Shown: positions 8,319-18,149, numbered from the stretch's first letter. The stretch: DNA of 27,549 bases from a virus (IMGVR_UViG_3300049828_000304:1-27549), one strand, 5' to 3'. The notes: generated by a model from the letters alone, not told the origin. Made by a program: numbers and translations.

Positions 8319-11163
8319 TCCATTCTCCTTGATAGGTTAGTACCCATCTGGTAGTGTTCAAATCCTTCAAATTATTGCCTAGGCAGTAACCATCTCCCGC
8401 CTCGCCAAATTTAACACCTGCTATAAATTTGCCAGTTGGTATACCTTCCCAGTCCATCTTTTGAAAGAAATATGGGTCTTCACCACCTGCTCTAACTATT
8501 GGTAGCAGGAAACATTTCCCCCCAGAGGTAAAATTGATTGCTACACCCCTAGTTGACGCGTATCCTGTCCACTTAAGTTTCATACCTGTGACTTTGGCGT
8601 CAAGATTGACGGTAGGAAATACAACATCCAGTAGATAACAGAAGTACCTTCTATACACATCTGATGCCTCATAGCTGTCAGAATACGCGGGTCGAGAAGA
8701 AAAATTAACCGTTATCTCAGTAACACTACTACCAGTGAATACTGGTGATACTGTAGCCACGGGCCAATTATTAGTTGCCATGTACGGCCCACCAGTATTT
8801 CGTAATTCATTGAACATGCTGTAGTGGCCGTTGGCGACATTAATAGGCAGTAAACTAAGAGACCCAGTGAACTTATTAGATGGTTTGACCGTAGTAGTAT
8901 CTGAATTAGTAGTATCTATTCTGTACACAGCAGACCCGTCAGGATGCTCGGCAGCCACAGAATTATTTATCCCTCTCCGTACTAGGTATGAAGAATGGGT
9001 GTCATTAAATTCTACACTCACCTCCTGAGTTATTTCAAGGTACTCGTCGTCTATTTTGATTATAGTAGTAGGTACTTTAATAGAGCTAGTATGGTCACTA
9101 GAATTTACAAAGTCATCATTAGGGACTAGGAAATCAAATGCTCGGTAAGGCAAAGATACATAGTCAGCAGTTATTATCAGTTCTTCCAATATCTGTATAT
9201 CTTCATCCGATGTGGGATAAGCTACTAGATACATCCTACCAGAAGCAGGGATATATCTGAAATTCTCTGCACATTGAAGAATAAATACATGATTACCAGA
9301 ACCATCTGGCCCTTCATACCTAACATAGTTATCCTGATTATTTGGTCTGTAGTATACATAATCACCCTCTGGCCCCTCATAGATTAATCCATCTGGGTAA
9401 CCATCTATGAATACGTACCACTCTCCTACGTCAAATACAGTTGATGACTGTACTCTTATTTTATACGGATTATACAAGTATAAAAGACGGCTATCAGAGT
9501 AAGTAATCCCCACAGTTTCCAATTCCGGTATTACCTCTTCGGCAGTAACTATTCCGTTACTAGAACTAAGCGAGGATGAATATACAGGGGTAAACGCATC
9601 AGAACTTTCATCATATATAGCCGCCCCTGTTACTTCGCCTATGCCAAGAAAATCAACCACAAGCCTACCCAAATCATCAATCTCGCTAGGCATAGCCGCT
9701 GTAGCATCATAAATAGGATAACTACCATAACATATTCTACCTTCAGTACTAGCATCACTAAGAGAATTAAAACTACTGCGAAGTATCAGAACCAAATTAT
9801 CTCTACTCTTATTTAATTCTGATATTTGCCCAGAAAATATAACCCCTCCATTTACATCTGTCAAACCTGAGTTAACATTAAGCCTAATAGTTGCGATACG
9901 CCCAATAAGTCTGTCCATGCGAATATCAGAATCTAAATCCTGAAGAGTAAGAGTCATTTCACTGGTATCAGCAATCCCACCAAGACCAGATATGGAGTAT
10001 GTACCATTCATTGCAGGTTCGCCAATTTTAAACTCTTGATCGTAGTTATCAATAGACACTAATCTATCCGACAGTAAGTTACTAGATACTACTGCATCTA
10101 TCTCAGTAGTATTACCAAGAATAAAACCGGTATACCCACTACAGGTTGCACTCCCAAATGGAGATGTATCTACTGTATCCCATTCCCCCACAGTTGTCGG
10201 AGTCAATACTACTGATACAGAGTATCCTGGCTTTGGCAGTCCTTCCGCCCGCAGTAAAGTACCATTGGTAGTGGTAGAACCGTATATACTACCGCTGTAG
10301 GAAATAACTTTACTTATCAAAGTTTCTGAGTTTAGCTGAGTGCATATTTTTATCCAACCTGTTTGTGAAGAATTCAGCTTAAAAAGGAAGGCATTATTTC
10401 CCGTACCGCCGTACAGTGACCCTCCGTACTCTACTAATGATGCTATTTCTATTTGAGAATCTGTTTGTGAGCATACGAGTTCCCAGGCATTCTTGCCGGA
10501 ATTGAGTCTAAGAAGCCTACCACTGTTGTAAGAAGTTCCGTATAGCCTATCTTGGTACACTATCAGGGAGCTAATAGAATAATCATCTAAGTACGATTCA
10601 GCCACTAGTTCCCAGGCATCCTCTGTTGAGTTAAGCCGAAATAAATATCCACCGTCGGCTCCATTATATGTCCCTGCGTATAGCACTCCTTCATATACAC
10701 ACAACGCAGTTATTGTAGCTTGAAAGTCCAATTGACTACAAACTAGTTCCCAGGAATTACCTGCAAGGTTAAGCCTCTGTAAATTTCCAAGCGAACCTGT
10801 ACCACCATATAGCCTAGAATTATACTCGCACAACGCACTTACTTGTCTTTGATCATTTATGCTATTAGATACTAAGTCCCAACCATTCTTACTTGAGTTA
10901 AGACTTAACAGTTTGCCGCCATTATTTAGACTATTCCTATACGTGCCTGCATATAATTTATTGTTATACACAAGCAGACTTAGTATTCTAGTTTGACTAG
11001 AATACTGTGCGCAAACTTGTTCCCAGGCATCGCCACTGGAGTTTAATCTATATAGACGACCGCCTTGGCCAGTTCCTGCATAGAGTATCCCTTCAAATTC
11101 ACACATGGCATATATAACACTCTCAGAACCTAACTTGCCTGCTACCTGTACCCAATTTGACAT
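8311..11163 (-). CDS. large tail-tip protein with N-terminal 7-repeat beta-propeller, 950 aa
   Basis: Seven 43-48 aa repeats (WExV...I.AL..Y.G.LY.GT...G.L.RLNS), then hub-like segment (GGVIFSGQI) and a KIDDEYL...VRRG.NNS.AAEH motif. Confidence 0.7.
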   Translation of the reverse strand: MSNWVQVAGKLGSESVIYAMCEFEGILYAGTGQGGRLYRLNSSGDAWEQVCAQYSSQTRILSLLVYNNKLYAGTYRNSLNNGGKLLSLNSSKNGWDLVSNSINDQRQVSALCEYNSRLYGGTGSLGNLQRLNLAGNSWELVCSQLDFQATITALCVYEGVLYAGTYNGADGGYLFRLNSTEDAWELVAESYLDDYSISSLIVYQDRLYGTSYNSGRLLRLNSGKNAWELVCSQTDSQIEIASLVEYGGSLYGGTGNNAFLFKLNSSQTGWIKICTQLNSETLISKVISYSGSIYGSTTTNGTLLRAEGLPKPGYSVSVVLTPTTVGEWDTVDTSPFGSATCSGYTGFILGNTTEIDAVVSSNLLSDRLVSIDNYDQEFKIGEPAMNGTYSISGLGGIADTSEMTLTLQDLDSDIRMDRLIGRIATIRLNVNSGLTDVNGGVIFSGQISELNKSRDNLVLILRSSFNSLSDASTEGRICYGSYPIYDATAAMPSEIDDLGRLVVDFLGIGEVTGAAIYDESSDAFTPVYSSSLSSSNGIVTAEEVIPELETVGITYSDSRLLYLYNPYKIRVQSSTVFDVGEWYVFIDGYPDGLIYEGPEGDYVYYRPNNQDNYVRYEGPDGSGNHVFILQCAENFRYIPASGRMYLVAYPTSDEDIQILEELIITADYVSLPYRAFDFLVPNDDFVNSSDHTSSIKVPTTIIKIDDEYLEITQEVSVEFNDTHSSYLVRRGINNSVAAEHPDGSAVYRIDTTNSDTTTVKPSNKFTGSLSLLPINVANGHYSMFNELRNTGGPYMATNNWPVATVSPVFTGSSVTEITVNFSSRPAYSDSYEASDVYRRYFCYLLDVVFPTVNLDAKVTGMKLKWTGYASTRGVAINFTSGGKCFLLPIVRAGGEDPYFFQKMDWEGIPTGKFIAGVKFGEAGDGYCLGNNLKDLNTTRWVLTYQGEWNG

Positions 11164-11168
11164 AAGGA

Positions 11169-11573
11169 TTAGCTCCTTCTAAATCTGTAAGGTATTTTAA
11201 CATCGTAATTTCCTGGAGCAACAAAAGAAAACATATCTTTAGTAGATGGATCTGAGTCAACATTAGCCGTAACAGCTACATTCTTACCGTTCCCCAAATC
11301 CAGATTAACCACTGCCCCAATTGTAAATGCGTATTTACTAAAAATAATATTATCTTTAATAAATGTTTTTAAACTCTCTCCGTGAGTGTAGGACACGCCT
11401 TTCATAACTAAGATACCATGACAGACAGTAACGCCAGAATCAAAAGTAACCAAACCGCCATCTGCGGTTTGGAGACTTATTTGATTGATTCTTTCATCCC
11501 ACCAATCGGTACCGTATACAACAGAAGCACTTATGGTACATGTAGTACCGTAAGTAAAAGATACATTAATCAT
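11169..11573 (-). CDS. putative distal tail (Dit-like) protein, 134 aa
   Basis: Immediately follows the tape measure gene with ATGA overlap; beta-rich; assignment by synteny only. Confidence 0.55.
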   Translation of the reverse strand: MINVSFTYGTTCTISASVVYGTDWWDERINQISLQTADGGLVTFDSGVTVCHGILVMKGVSYTHGESLKTFIKDNIIFSKYAFTIGAVVNLDLGNGKNVAVTANVDSDPSTKDMFSFVAPGNYDVKIPYRFRRS

Positions 11574-14443
11574 CTTGACAACTCCTTCTTAATGTAAGGC
11601 AGTAATTCCCTGGCCTGTTCTCTCGTCCCAACGAAATTATCAATGCGCACTACTACAGAACTACTTGTAGTATAAGTATTGCCTCTATCAATCATTTGAT
11701 TCAATCTTTCATTCCCACCTATAGCATTTATCTCACTCTCTGCCAATACACGCTCTCCCTTACTTACATAAGCGAGATTGCTGTCACTGGTGCTATTGCC
11801 CTCTGGAAATCCGCCATGGCGGAAATTTTGAGATTGAATAACTAAGGCCTGAGTTGTACCCATAGCTCCGGCAGATATAGCGGCGGCAATCTTAGCATAG
11901 ATAGGGCCATCGGTAGCAAGAAACGCATCCATTGACATTCTTACAGCGTTAATATGCGCCATAATACCCGCTATTCTCTGCTGTTTCTTGGCAAAGGCTG
12001 TATTCTCTTTCTCCGTCTTTTGCCTTAAAGCCTCTTGTGCTCTCTGAAATTTCTCTTCTGCCATAGCTTTCTTAATAGCATTGCTACCGGCTGCAATTGA
12101 CTCAGCATTGTATCGTTTTTCAATTGCAGATTGCTCGTCATAGATTCTCTTCATAGTTTCATTGTGTTGAATCTCCTGTATATTCATTACAGTATTAGCA
12201 GTATTTTCAGTTAGTGCTATGGTGTTATCAGTTGCGTTCTTATACTTCTCAGTCTCTTTCTGCCATATCTTGTCAAAATCTGCTTGGTCTTTTTTCCATA
12301 GAGCAAGTCTCTTAGTGAAATCCTTATCCGATTCAAATGCACCTTGTGCCCCTGCGTACTTAGAATTGACTCGTAGAGGCCCTACAACAGTATTGGAAGA
12401 AGTGTTAGCTATCTCTTCATAAGTCTTTTGTAGCTCCTTATATATTTCATACTGGGCGAGTAACTCTTCAGTATCTTCCTTTTGAACAGCAAGTATTTTT
12501 AGATGTATTGCATAATTTTGTTCCATCAAATCATTTTCAAGTTTATCTAGTTCTATACTAGCTTTTTTCAGACTTTCTCTTTCCTTAGCTATTTTTACAA
12601 GTTCTTTATCGGCCGCCTCTTTCCTCTTAGCCATCATATCGGAATATCTTTTTCCTACTTCTGAGTCAATAATAGGGCTAACAGATGGGTACGGTTCTAA
12701 GGCAGCAATAGAAGGTCTCAACTTCTCTCTGATATAGTCAGCCATTCCTTGTAAGCCGTCGGCGGAGACATCAGGAAATTCCCCACCAGATTTCTTTTTC
12801 CAGTCCTTTTTTATCTTATCCAATTCTTTAAGATGTTCCCTATAAGCCCTTTCCTTTTTGCCGAAAGCATCCAAACTTGCTGCTAGTGACACTAAACTAG
12901 TATTATCAGACCGCATAGCATCTAGGGCTTTTTTCTCTTCCTCTAAAGCCTTTTTTAACTTGGCTACCTTTTCATAAGCGGCGGCATGCTCTAAATTGTT
13001 ATAGCCATCATTAAACTTTTGTTGCGATTCAATAGTTTGGTCTATTGCCTTTTTAACCTTAATGTACTCAGCAGCGAGTGCTACGAGTAAAGCAGTTACA
13101 AGTATTATCTCAGGCGCGGTCAATCCGATAACAACTTTTGCAGCTACTATAGCTTTGGCGAAATTAGCTATGCCAACAGCACTAAGACTTAGCCAATTTA
13201 CAAAACTACCGGTCGCAAGTAAACCAACTACCACAGCTACTTCTTTAAGATGAGCAGCCATATACTCAAGAACAGGAAGAGCCGTTTCTGCCATAAGTTT
13301 AAAGGCAGTGACTAAATCTGTAAAGAATTTCTGTATACTCACTTTATTAGCTATAATATATTTGCCAAAACTTTCTACATAGCCTTTAAGAGATTCAATA
13401 GCCGTTTGCTTTTCAGTTCCGAATGCCTCAAATATGCTTATACCAAGAGCTTGAAAACTATTCTTAACCATAGCCAGTTGGTCTGTAAAGCTTTTACGGA
13501 TTAACTCTGCCTGCTCTTTTGCAGTCATTCCAGAACCGTTTATTATATCCATGAACTTCCCGACTTCGTCGGTATTCTTACTTATCGCCAAGGCACTGTT
13601 AATAGCTCTTTTATCCACTAAAGCCAGTAACTCTTCTACCTTAATGCCTGCGCCTTCCATTTGACCGAGAACCTGAGTTAACGTTAGGCCTTCAAAATTC
13701 ATGCCCTCAAGAGCCTTAGCCGCTTTACTAGTAGGCGCGAGCATATTAAGCATCATATTACGGAGGGAAGTACCTGCCAGAGAGCCCTCAATACCACGTT
13801 GAGAAAGTAATGCGAGTAAAGCACTAGTTTCTTCTAAATTTGTATTAAGAGGATCAGCAACCGAAGCTACATATTTCATAGCTTCCATATAACTCTCTAA
13901 AGACAACTTACTAGCATTTAACGTTCTTGTGTATACATTAGCTACTCTTTCGCTTTCCTCAAAACCGATACCGTATGACATCATTGTATTTATCATACCC
14001 TTAGTAGTGTATAATAAATCCTCCCCTGCGGCAGTAGCTACATTTAATGTATTGGGTAGCATCTTCCATATCTGATCTGCACTCATACCGGCCTTACTCA
14101 TTTCGAGCATAGCTCCGGCAATTGCGGAGGCAGAAAATTCAGTTGTCTTACTTAACTCTATGGCCTGTTTACTATATTTAGCCATGCCTTCAGAACTGGT
14201 ATTAGTGATAGCCCCCATAGAAACTATTGCTTTTTCAAACTTCAATGTTTCGTCGGTACACATCTTAAGAGAATTAATAATAGCATTAAGGCCTTTATAA
14301 GCGGCAGTTGCGGCAAAAGTAAGATTCAAAGTTTGACCGAGAGAAGCTACACTCTTATTAGTCTGTTTTGTAAGAGTTTCAAAGGCGGCTATCCTTGGGG
14401 TAGCCTTATCGTCTACATCTATCTTAACGAGAAGAGTTGGCAT
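11570..14443 (-). CDS. tail tape measure protein (TP901-family core), 957 aa
   Basis: TEFSAS.IA.AM.EMSKAG and GIEGSLAGTSLRNM core, hydrophobic segments, coiled coils; follows the chaperone genes. Confidence 0.95.
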   Translation of the reverse strand: MPTLLVKIDVDDKATPRIAAFETLTKQTNKSVASLGQTLNLTFAATAAYKGLNAIINSLKMCTDETLKFEKAIVSMGAITNTSSEGMAKYSKQAIELSKTTEFSASAIAGAMLEMSKAGMSADQIWKMLPNTLNVATAAGEDLLYTTKGMINTMMSYGIGFEESERVANVYTRTLNASKLSLESYMEAMKYVASVADPLNTNLEETSALLALLSQRGIEGSLAGTSLRNMMLNMLAPTSKAAKALEGMNFEGLTLTQVLGQMEGAGIKVEELLALVDKRAINSALAISKNTDEVGKFMDIINGSGMTAKEQAELIRKSFTDQLAMVKNSFQALGISIFEAFGTEKQTAIESLKGYVESFGKYIIANKVSIQKFFTDLVTAFKLMAETALPVLEYMAAHLKEVAVVVGLLATGSFVNWLSLSAVGIANFAKAIVAAKVVIGLTAPEIILVTALLVALAAEYIKVKKAIDQTIESQQKFNDGYNNLEHAAAYEKVAKLKKALEEEKKALDAMRSDNTSLVSLAASLDAFGKKERAYREHLKELDKIKKDWKKKSGGEFPDVSADGLQGMADYIREKLRPSIAALEPYPSVSPIIDSEVGKRYSDMMAKRKEAADKELVKIAKERESLKKASIELDKLENDLMEQNYAIHLKILAVQKEDTEELLAQYEIYKELQKTYEEIANTSSNTVVGPLRVNSKYAGAQGAFESDKDFTKRLALWKKDQADFDKIWQKETEKYKNATDNTIALTENTANTVMNIQEIQHNETMKRIYDEQSAIEKRYNAESIAAGSNAIKKAMAEEKFQRAQEALRQKTEKENTAFAKKQQRIAGIMAHINAVRMSMDAFLATDGPIYAKIAAAISAGAMGTTQALVIQSQNFRHGGFPEGNSTSDSNLAYVSKGERVLAESEINAIGGNERLNQMIDRGNTYTTSSSVVVRIDNFVGTREQARELLPYIKKELSR

Positions 14444-14825
14444 GATTCACCTTTCTCTTTCTATCCAAGTATATTTTGTGATTACGTCTGCTTAAGAAAT
14501 AACTCATTGCGTCCCAGAATACTTTTAGGCCTACAGGTAACTCAGGTAGTGTACTTAGGTAAGCATGAGCATTATCTATAGTTATAAAACCATTAGCATC
14601 TAACGGGCTGATATTTACGATAGTTGTGAATATGTCCCACAATTCTGGGAGTTTAGTACATTGAACCAACTGTCTGATATTTATATGAGGGTCTTGGATA
14701 CGAAAACAGGAACCTGTCGATTGACAGATTCCTGCTTCCTCACTATTCGTAAACTGACATGACACACACAGTCCGTAAGACCACTCCCAATCGACTGTAG
14801 CGTCACACCAGTTTGTTAGTTTTTT
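14424..14825 (-). CDS. tail assembly chaperone frameshift extension (gpT-like part of gpGT)
   Basis: -1 frame open from the slippery site through the ORF-track ORF 14424-14765 (KLTNWCDATVDWEWSYGLCVSCQF...). Confidence 0.8.
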   Translation of the reverse strand, partial: KKLTNWCDATVDWEWSYGLCVSCQFTNSEEAGICQSTGSCFRIQDPHINIRQLVQCTKLPELWDIFTTIVNISPLDANGFITIDNAHAYLSTLPELPVGLKVFWDAMSYFLSRRNHKIYLDRKRKVNHANSSR

Positions 14826-15169
14826 CCTGTTTCTCCAATGAATGCACTCTGTACTTTACTATACAAATCTGGAAGGCCCAGGATAGATTCAAAGACTGCT
14901 TTTTGATGCAATTCAATGATACTTCCATTTTCCATAACAGGCAATGGTTTACGTTCTCCATCAGCGTCAATGAAATCAATACCTGTCCAATTCACCAATC
15001 CGACGCGCATAGAATAGTAGAAAAGATTTATTCCATTATCATCGATATTTTTTCCCTCGAAACGTTTTCTAAGGTCATTAATATCCGAGTCCTCTTTGAA
15101 CTTCCACTCAAAACTAAATGTGGAATCTTCATGCGTAAACTCGAATTTCTTGGCAAGTTTTACTAACAT
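14816..15169 (-). CDS. tail assembly chaperone (gpG-like), 117 aa
   Basis: Between tail tube and TMP; GLVNWTGI...DADG motif; ends in a slippery sequence. Confidence 0.85.
   Translation of the reverse strand: MLVKLAKKFEFTHEDSTFSFEWKFKEDSDINDLRKRFEGKNIDDNGINLFYYSMRVGLVNWTGIDFIDADGERKPLPVMENGSIIELHQKAVFESILGLPDLYSKVQSAFIGETGKN
14819..14825 (-). promoter_or_regulatory. programmed -1 ribosomal frameshift heptamer A AAA AAC
   Basis: GGA AAA AAC TAA at the 3' end of the gpG-like ORF; a -1 shift enters the frame of 14424-14765. Confidence 0.85.
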
Positions 15170-15179
15170 AGCATTTCCT

Positions 15180-15200
15180 TTAGGGCTAAAGTTAACTCAG
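15180..15200 (-). repeat. junction copy of 21-bp motif
   Basis: CTGAGTTAACTTTAGCCCTAA on - strand, 3 nt after the stop of the 15204 gene, running into the AAAGGA RBS of gpG. Confidence 0.9.
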
Positions 15201-15203
15201 ATA

Positions 15204-16544
15204 TTATACTGCAAACATTTGATTGGCTGAAAGTGAACTGCGTACTCTCATAAGCATAGAACCATTTTGAATCAATGAATTACTTGCTAACCAAGAGCTC
15301 CATTGATTGGTAGTAGGCACGCCTACATCTAGTTCAATAGCCTCTTGCGCTACATCACTTTCATCTGGCCCTGCCGCCTTAATCTTAGCTTCCTGTATAA
15401 GCATTTCTTGCATATAGAAACCACTTCTACTGGCCCAACGTGCAACAACTGAAGTCCAGTTATCAAGATAATCTTGATAGGTTGTTGCACTGTACCTAGA
15501 GATAGTACCACCAAAGGTAACACCATACTTACCTTCTAAATGCGGTTCAGCGATATATGTACCACTAACAGTGTCCTGCATAACTTGCAACGGTATAGTA
15601 AATCCTGCATTGAAAGCTATTATTCCAAGATTTACAAGTGTGGATTCACTAGCCCCTATCTGAAACAGTGTCTGGTGGTGAGCTACGATATTATCATTTG
15701 CCACACTAGTTGTAGGTACAGTCCAGTTACCGCTAGCGTAATTAGCTCTTGTTTCATCGTAAGAACAGAAGTCTATAGCCAATTCAGATAACTGACCTGA
15801 GTCACTTTTAAGACTAAAACCTTTGCACATTGAATTAGGGTAACGGAAATCATTAGTACCCATCTTTACGCCGATGGTAGCCATACGATTCTTTTTAGCT
15901 CCTGAAATCCAACCTCCACCATTTGCGGCTGTTATCTGTTCAGCTGTAGGGTAGTCTACTAAATGCCTAGTAGTCGAGTCCAACTCATACAGATGCTCGT
16001 ACATCAATCCAGAATGGGAGGTGTAAGTGAGCGTTGCATCCCCAGTGCCTGCACTCTTAGTAAGTGTGCCAGTCTGAGAGGTAGGAGCTATTGTCGTACA
16101 AAGGAATACTTGATAGGTGGTAGCTCCCCAAACCTCTTTACGCATGAAAGTAAATGTCTTACTGTCTGTAGTGTAAGTAGCTCCCGCTGTAGGCTGAGTT
16201 GTAGGAGTATTTACAACGAATACAGTTACATTTTTTACAGCATTTTCAAAACCAAATGACCAGTAAAGGAATTTTTCCATGTCATCGAATCTATTGTGCA
16301 TTGATATCGCACGTTCTACATATTCAGTAACTTTGCGAGTAGTATCAGAAAAAGCACTCGTTGTTATACTGTTATCGGATACACTGTTAATAGTTTTTCC
16401 CTTGCCGAGTGACAGGTAAGGAAAAGCATTTCCCGCTCCAAGAGTGACAGGGCTACTGGCCCCTCCCCAAGCACTATTAGTCGGTACTAGACCGGCTTCC
16501 TGCTTAAAAGCTCCTACTTGTAGTATCTTAACACTTTCAGCCAT
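15204..16544 (-). CDS. tail tube protein paralogue 2 (with inserted domain), about 446 aa
   Basis: Similar by eye to 16627-17583 (DNSITTSAFSD/DESISGSAFRD; FRYPN..KGFSLK/NRYAN..NSWALK; GGTISRY/GSFTFSRH). Start moved to ATG 16544 (GGAGG RBS). Confidence 0.7.
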   Translation of the reverse strand: MAESVKILQVGAFKQEAGLVPTNSAWGGASSPVTLGAGNAFPYLSLGKGKTINSVSDNSITTSAFSDTTRKVTEYVERAISMHNRFDDMEKFLYWSFGFENAVKNVTVFVVNTPTTQPTAGATYTTDSKTFTFMRKEVWGATTYQVFLCTTIAPTSQTGTLTKSAGTGDATLTYTSHSGLMYEHLYELDSTTRHLVDYPTAEQITAANGGGWISGAKKNRMATIGVKMGTNDFRYPNSMCKGFSLKSDSGQLSELAIDFCSYDETRANYASGNWTVPTTSVANDNIVAHHQTLFQIGASESTLVNLGIIAFNAGFTIPLQVMQDTVSGTYIAEPHLEGKYGVTFGGTISRYSATTYQDYLDNWTSVVARWASRSGFYMQEMLIQEAKIKAAGPDESDVAQEAIELDVGVPTTNQWSSWLASNSLIQNGSMLMRVRSSLSANQMFAV

Positions 16545-16562
16545 TATAGCCTCCACAAAAGA

Positions 16563-16591
16563 ATTATAAATATTCTTAGTCCTAATGTTAA
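16563..16591 (-). promoter_or_regulatory. candidate sigma70-type promoter TTAACA-N17-TATAAT
   Basis: -35 TTAACA (16586-16591) lies inside motif copy 16576-16596; perfect -10 at 16563-16568; RBS 16550-16554 just downstream. Confidence 0.55.
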
Positions 16592-16623
16592 CTCAGGTCA
16601 ATCTGAGTTAACATTAGGCGTAA
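16576..16623. repeat. back-to-back inverted pair of the 21-bp motif
   Basis: TTAGTCCTAATGTTAACTCAG-GTCAAT-CTGAGTTAACATTAGGCGTAA. Confidence 0.92.
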
Positions 16624-16626
16624 TAG

Positions 16627-17583
16627 TTAGGAATTAACTAAAGTCAGTTTAATAGGTGCTACAAATGCCATGTTAGCATTCTTATAAGTAGTACCAAGTC
16701 CATTGCGGCCAATCATTAAATCGGCAGTGACTTTAGTTGTATCAGAATCGTCAAGAGTCGGCGAAATCTTTACTCTCGGAAGTTGAATTTTTAAATTAGC
16801 CATTGCTGATTTGTAAATCATTATTTCCATTTGCAGAGCCGTATCTGCATCTGCCCAAGTAAATGGGTTATCAGTATCGTGACGAGAAAAAGTAAACGAA
16901 CCGGAGATAGTTGGAAGTGAACCGCCAAATATCGGGGTAAGAGTGCCTTTACCGTCATTGCACCACTGGCCAGTAAAACCATTAGTAATACTAAGATTAA
17001 AGTCCTCAATCTTAATATTATCACCTGCGGCCAGAGCGTCTGCTGTGTCACCTATACGAACGTAACCAGAAGTCCCACCTGCTTCGTGAAAAGTAAATGG
17101 TTCATCATAAACAGTAACAGCAGGATAATTACTAGTAGCCGCTCTGTCCTCAGCGGTAGCACCGATAAAACCGCAATCCATTGTCCAATTGGCATTGACT
17201 CCACCCTTAAGAGCCCAGGAGTTTAGATACACATTAGCGTATCTATTTGCTTTAATATCGTTTAGTGTGCATATACTCATTTTATTGGTGTGACTGGCAT
17301 AGGTATACACCCCTACGGAGGGTGATGAAAAGAATGCACTAAACAATGGTACAGCACTGACTTTGTCGAGTTGGAAGCCTAAAGATGACTCAAATGTATG
17401 CCTGCTTCCCTGTTGAGGCACATCACGGAAGGCAGAACCTGAAATAGATTCGTCCTCGATTACGTCATACGTCTGAGTAGCCTGCCCACTTAACAGGGGG
17501 AGAGCTATCATCGCGTTACTCTCGTAACTAGCACCCGACTGCAACTGACCTGCCATCTTTCTGAGAACCTTGACTGTTGCCAT
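16627..17583 (-). CDS. major tail tube protein (paralogue 1), 318 aa
   Basis: Tube-fold pattern (RY.N....SW.LKG, IEDFNLSITNG, TISGSFTF, LKIQLPRVK); position before chaperones. Confidence 0.8.
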   Translation of the reverse strand: MATVKVLRKMAGQLQSGASYESNAMIALPLLSGQATQTYDVIEDESISGSAFRDVPQQGSRHTFESSLGFQLDKVSAVPLFSAFFSSPSVGVYTYASHTNKMSICTLNDIKANRYANVYLNSWALKGGVNANWTMDCGFIGATAEDRAATSNYPAVTVYDEPFTFHEAGGTSGYVRIGDTADALAAGDNIKIEDFNLSITNGFTGQWCNDGKGTLTPIFGGSLPTISGSFTFSRHDTDNPFTWADADTALQMEIMIYKSAMANLKIQLPRVKISPTLDDSDTTKVTADLMIGRNGLGTTYKNANMAFVAPIKLTLVNS

Positions 17584-18149
17584 TAGAGACTCCTATCATT
17601 CTGCTCTAGGTGAGCTTCGGCGTGGAAAATAAAAGCGCTTATGGCATTCTTTTCAGAGGGAAAAAGTTCAAATTCGTAAAATATTTCTGGAAATTCCCCC
17701 ATCTGTAAGAAGCCGGAACACGGTGGATTACTAGCCTGTTTGTCATCAAGGAAACTATAGTTTAAGGCACGTACTTCGCTTCCAAATGCTGACAGACTAA
17801 CAGCATCTTCAATATCTACATCTAAGTGATCCCTAACTAAGTAACCGGCTATACTGTATCTAAGAGTATAGTTCATGTTTCTTTGAGAGTAGTATCCTTC
17901 TCCTTTGTCTTTAGTTATTAGTATTTCCAATCTAGGGAATCCTATTGGTTCACAATCCTTATCAAAATGTTTGTACAAATCTTCGCTCTCTCCAACGATT
18001 ACATTTTTAGGGTCGGTAATCACGCTACAGGTTTGCAGTTTGGCTAAGAGACTGCGTAGATACTGACCTGTCATATTAGAGAGTACCGAAGACGAGAATG
18101 GGGAATCTGGGCCCCACCAACCGTCAGTAAATTCTAATATTGGATTCAT
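17583..18149 (-). CDS. putative tail terminator / completion protein, 188 aa
   Basis: Directly upstream of the tube gene; acidic; FPRLEI motif; mainly synteny. Confidence 0.5.
   Translation of the reverse strand: MNPILEFTDGWWGPDSPFSSSVLSNMTGQYLRSLLAKLQTCSVITDPKNVIVGESEDLYKHFDKDCEPIGFPRLEILITKDKGEGYYSQRNMNYTLRYSIAGYLVRDHLDVDIEDAVSLSAFGSEVRALNYSFLDDKQASNPPCSGFLQMGEFPEIFYEFELFPSEKNAISAFIFHAEAHLEQNDRSL

Noticed and set aside
15204-16556. 450-aa ORF as a contractile tail sheath
   Set aside because: It lies downstream of the tube gene, resembles it in sequence, and no baseplate wedge genes are evident.
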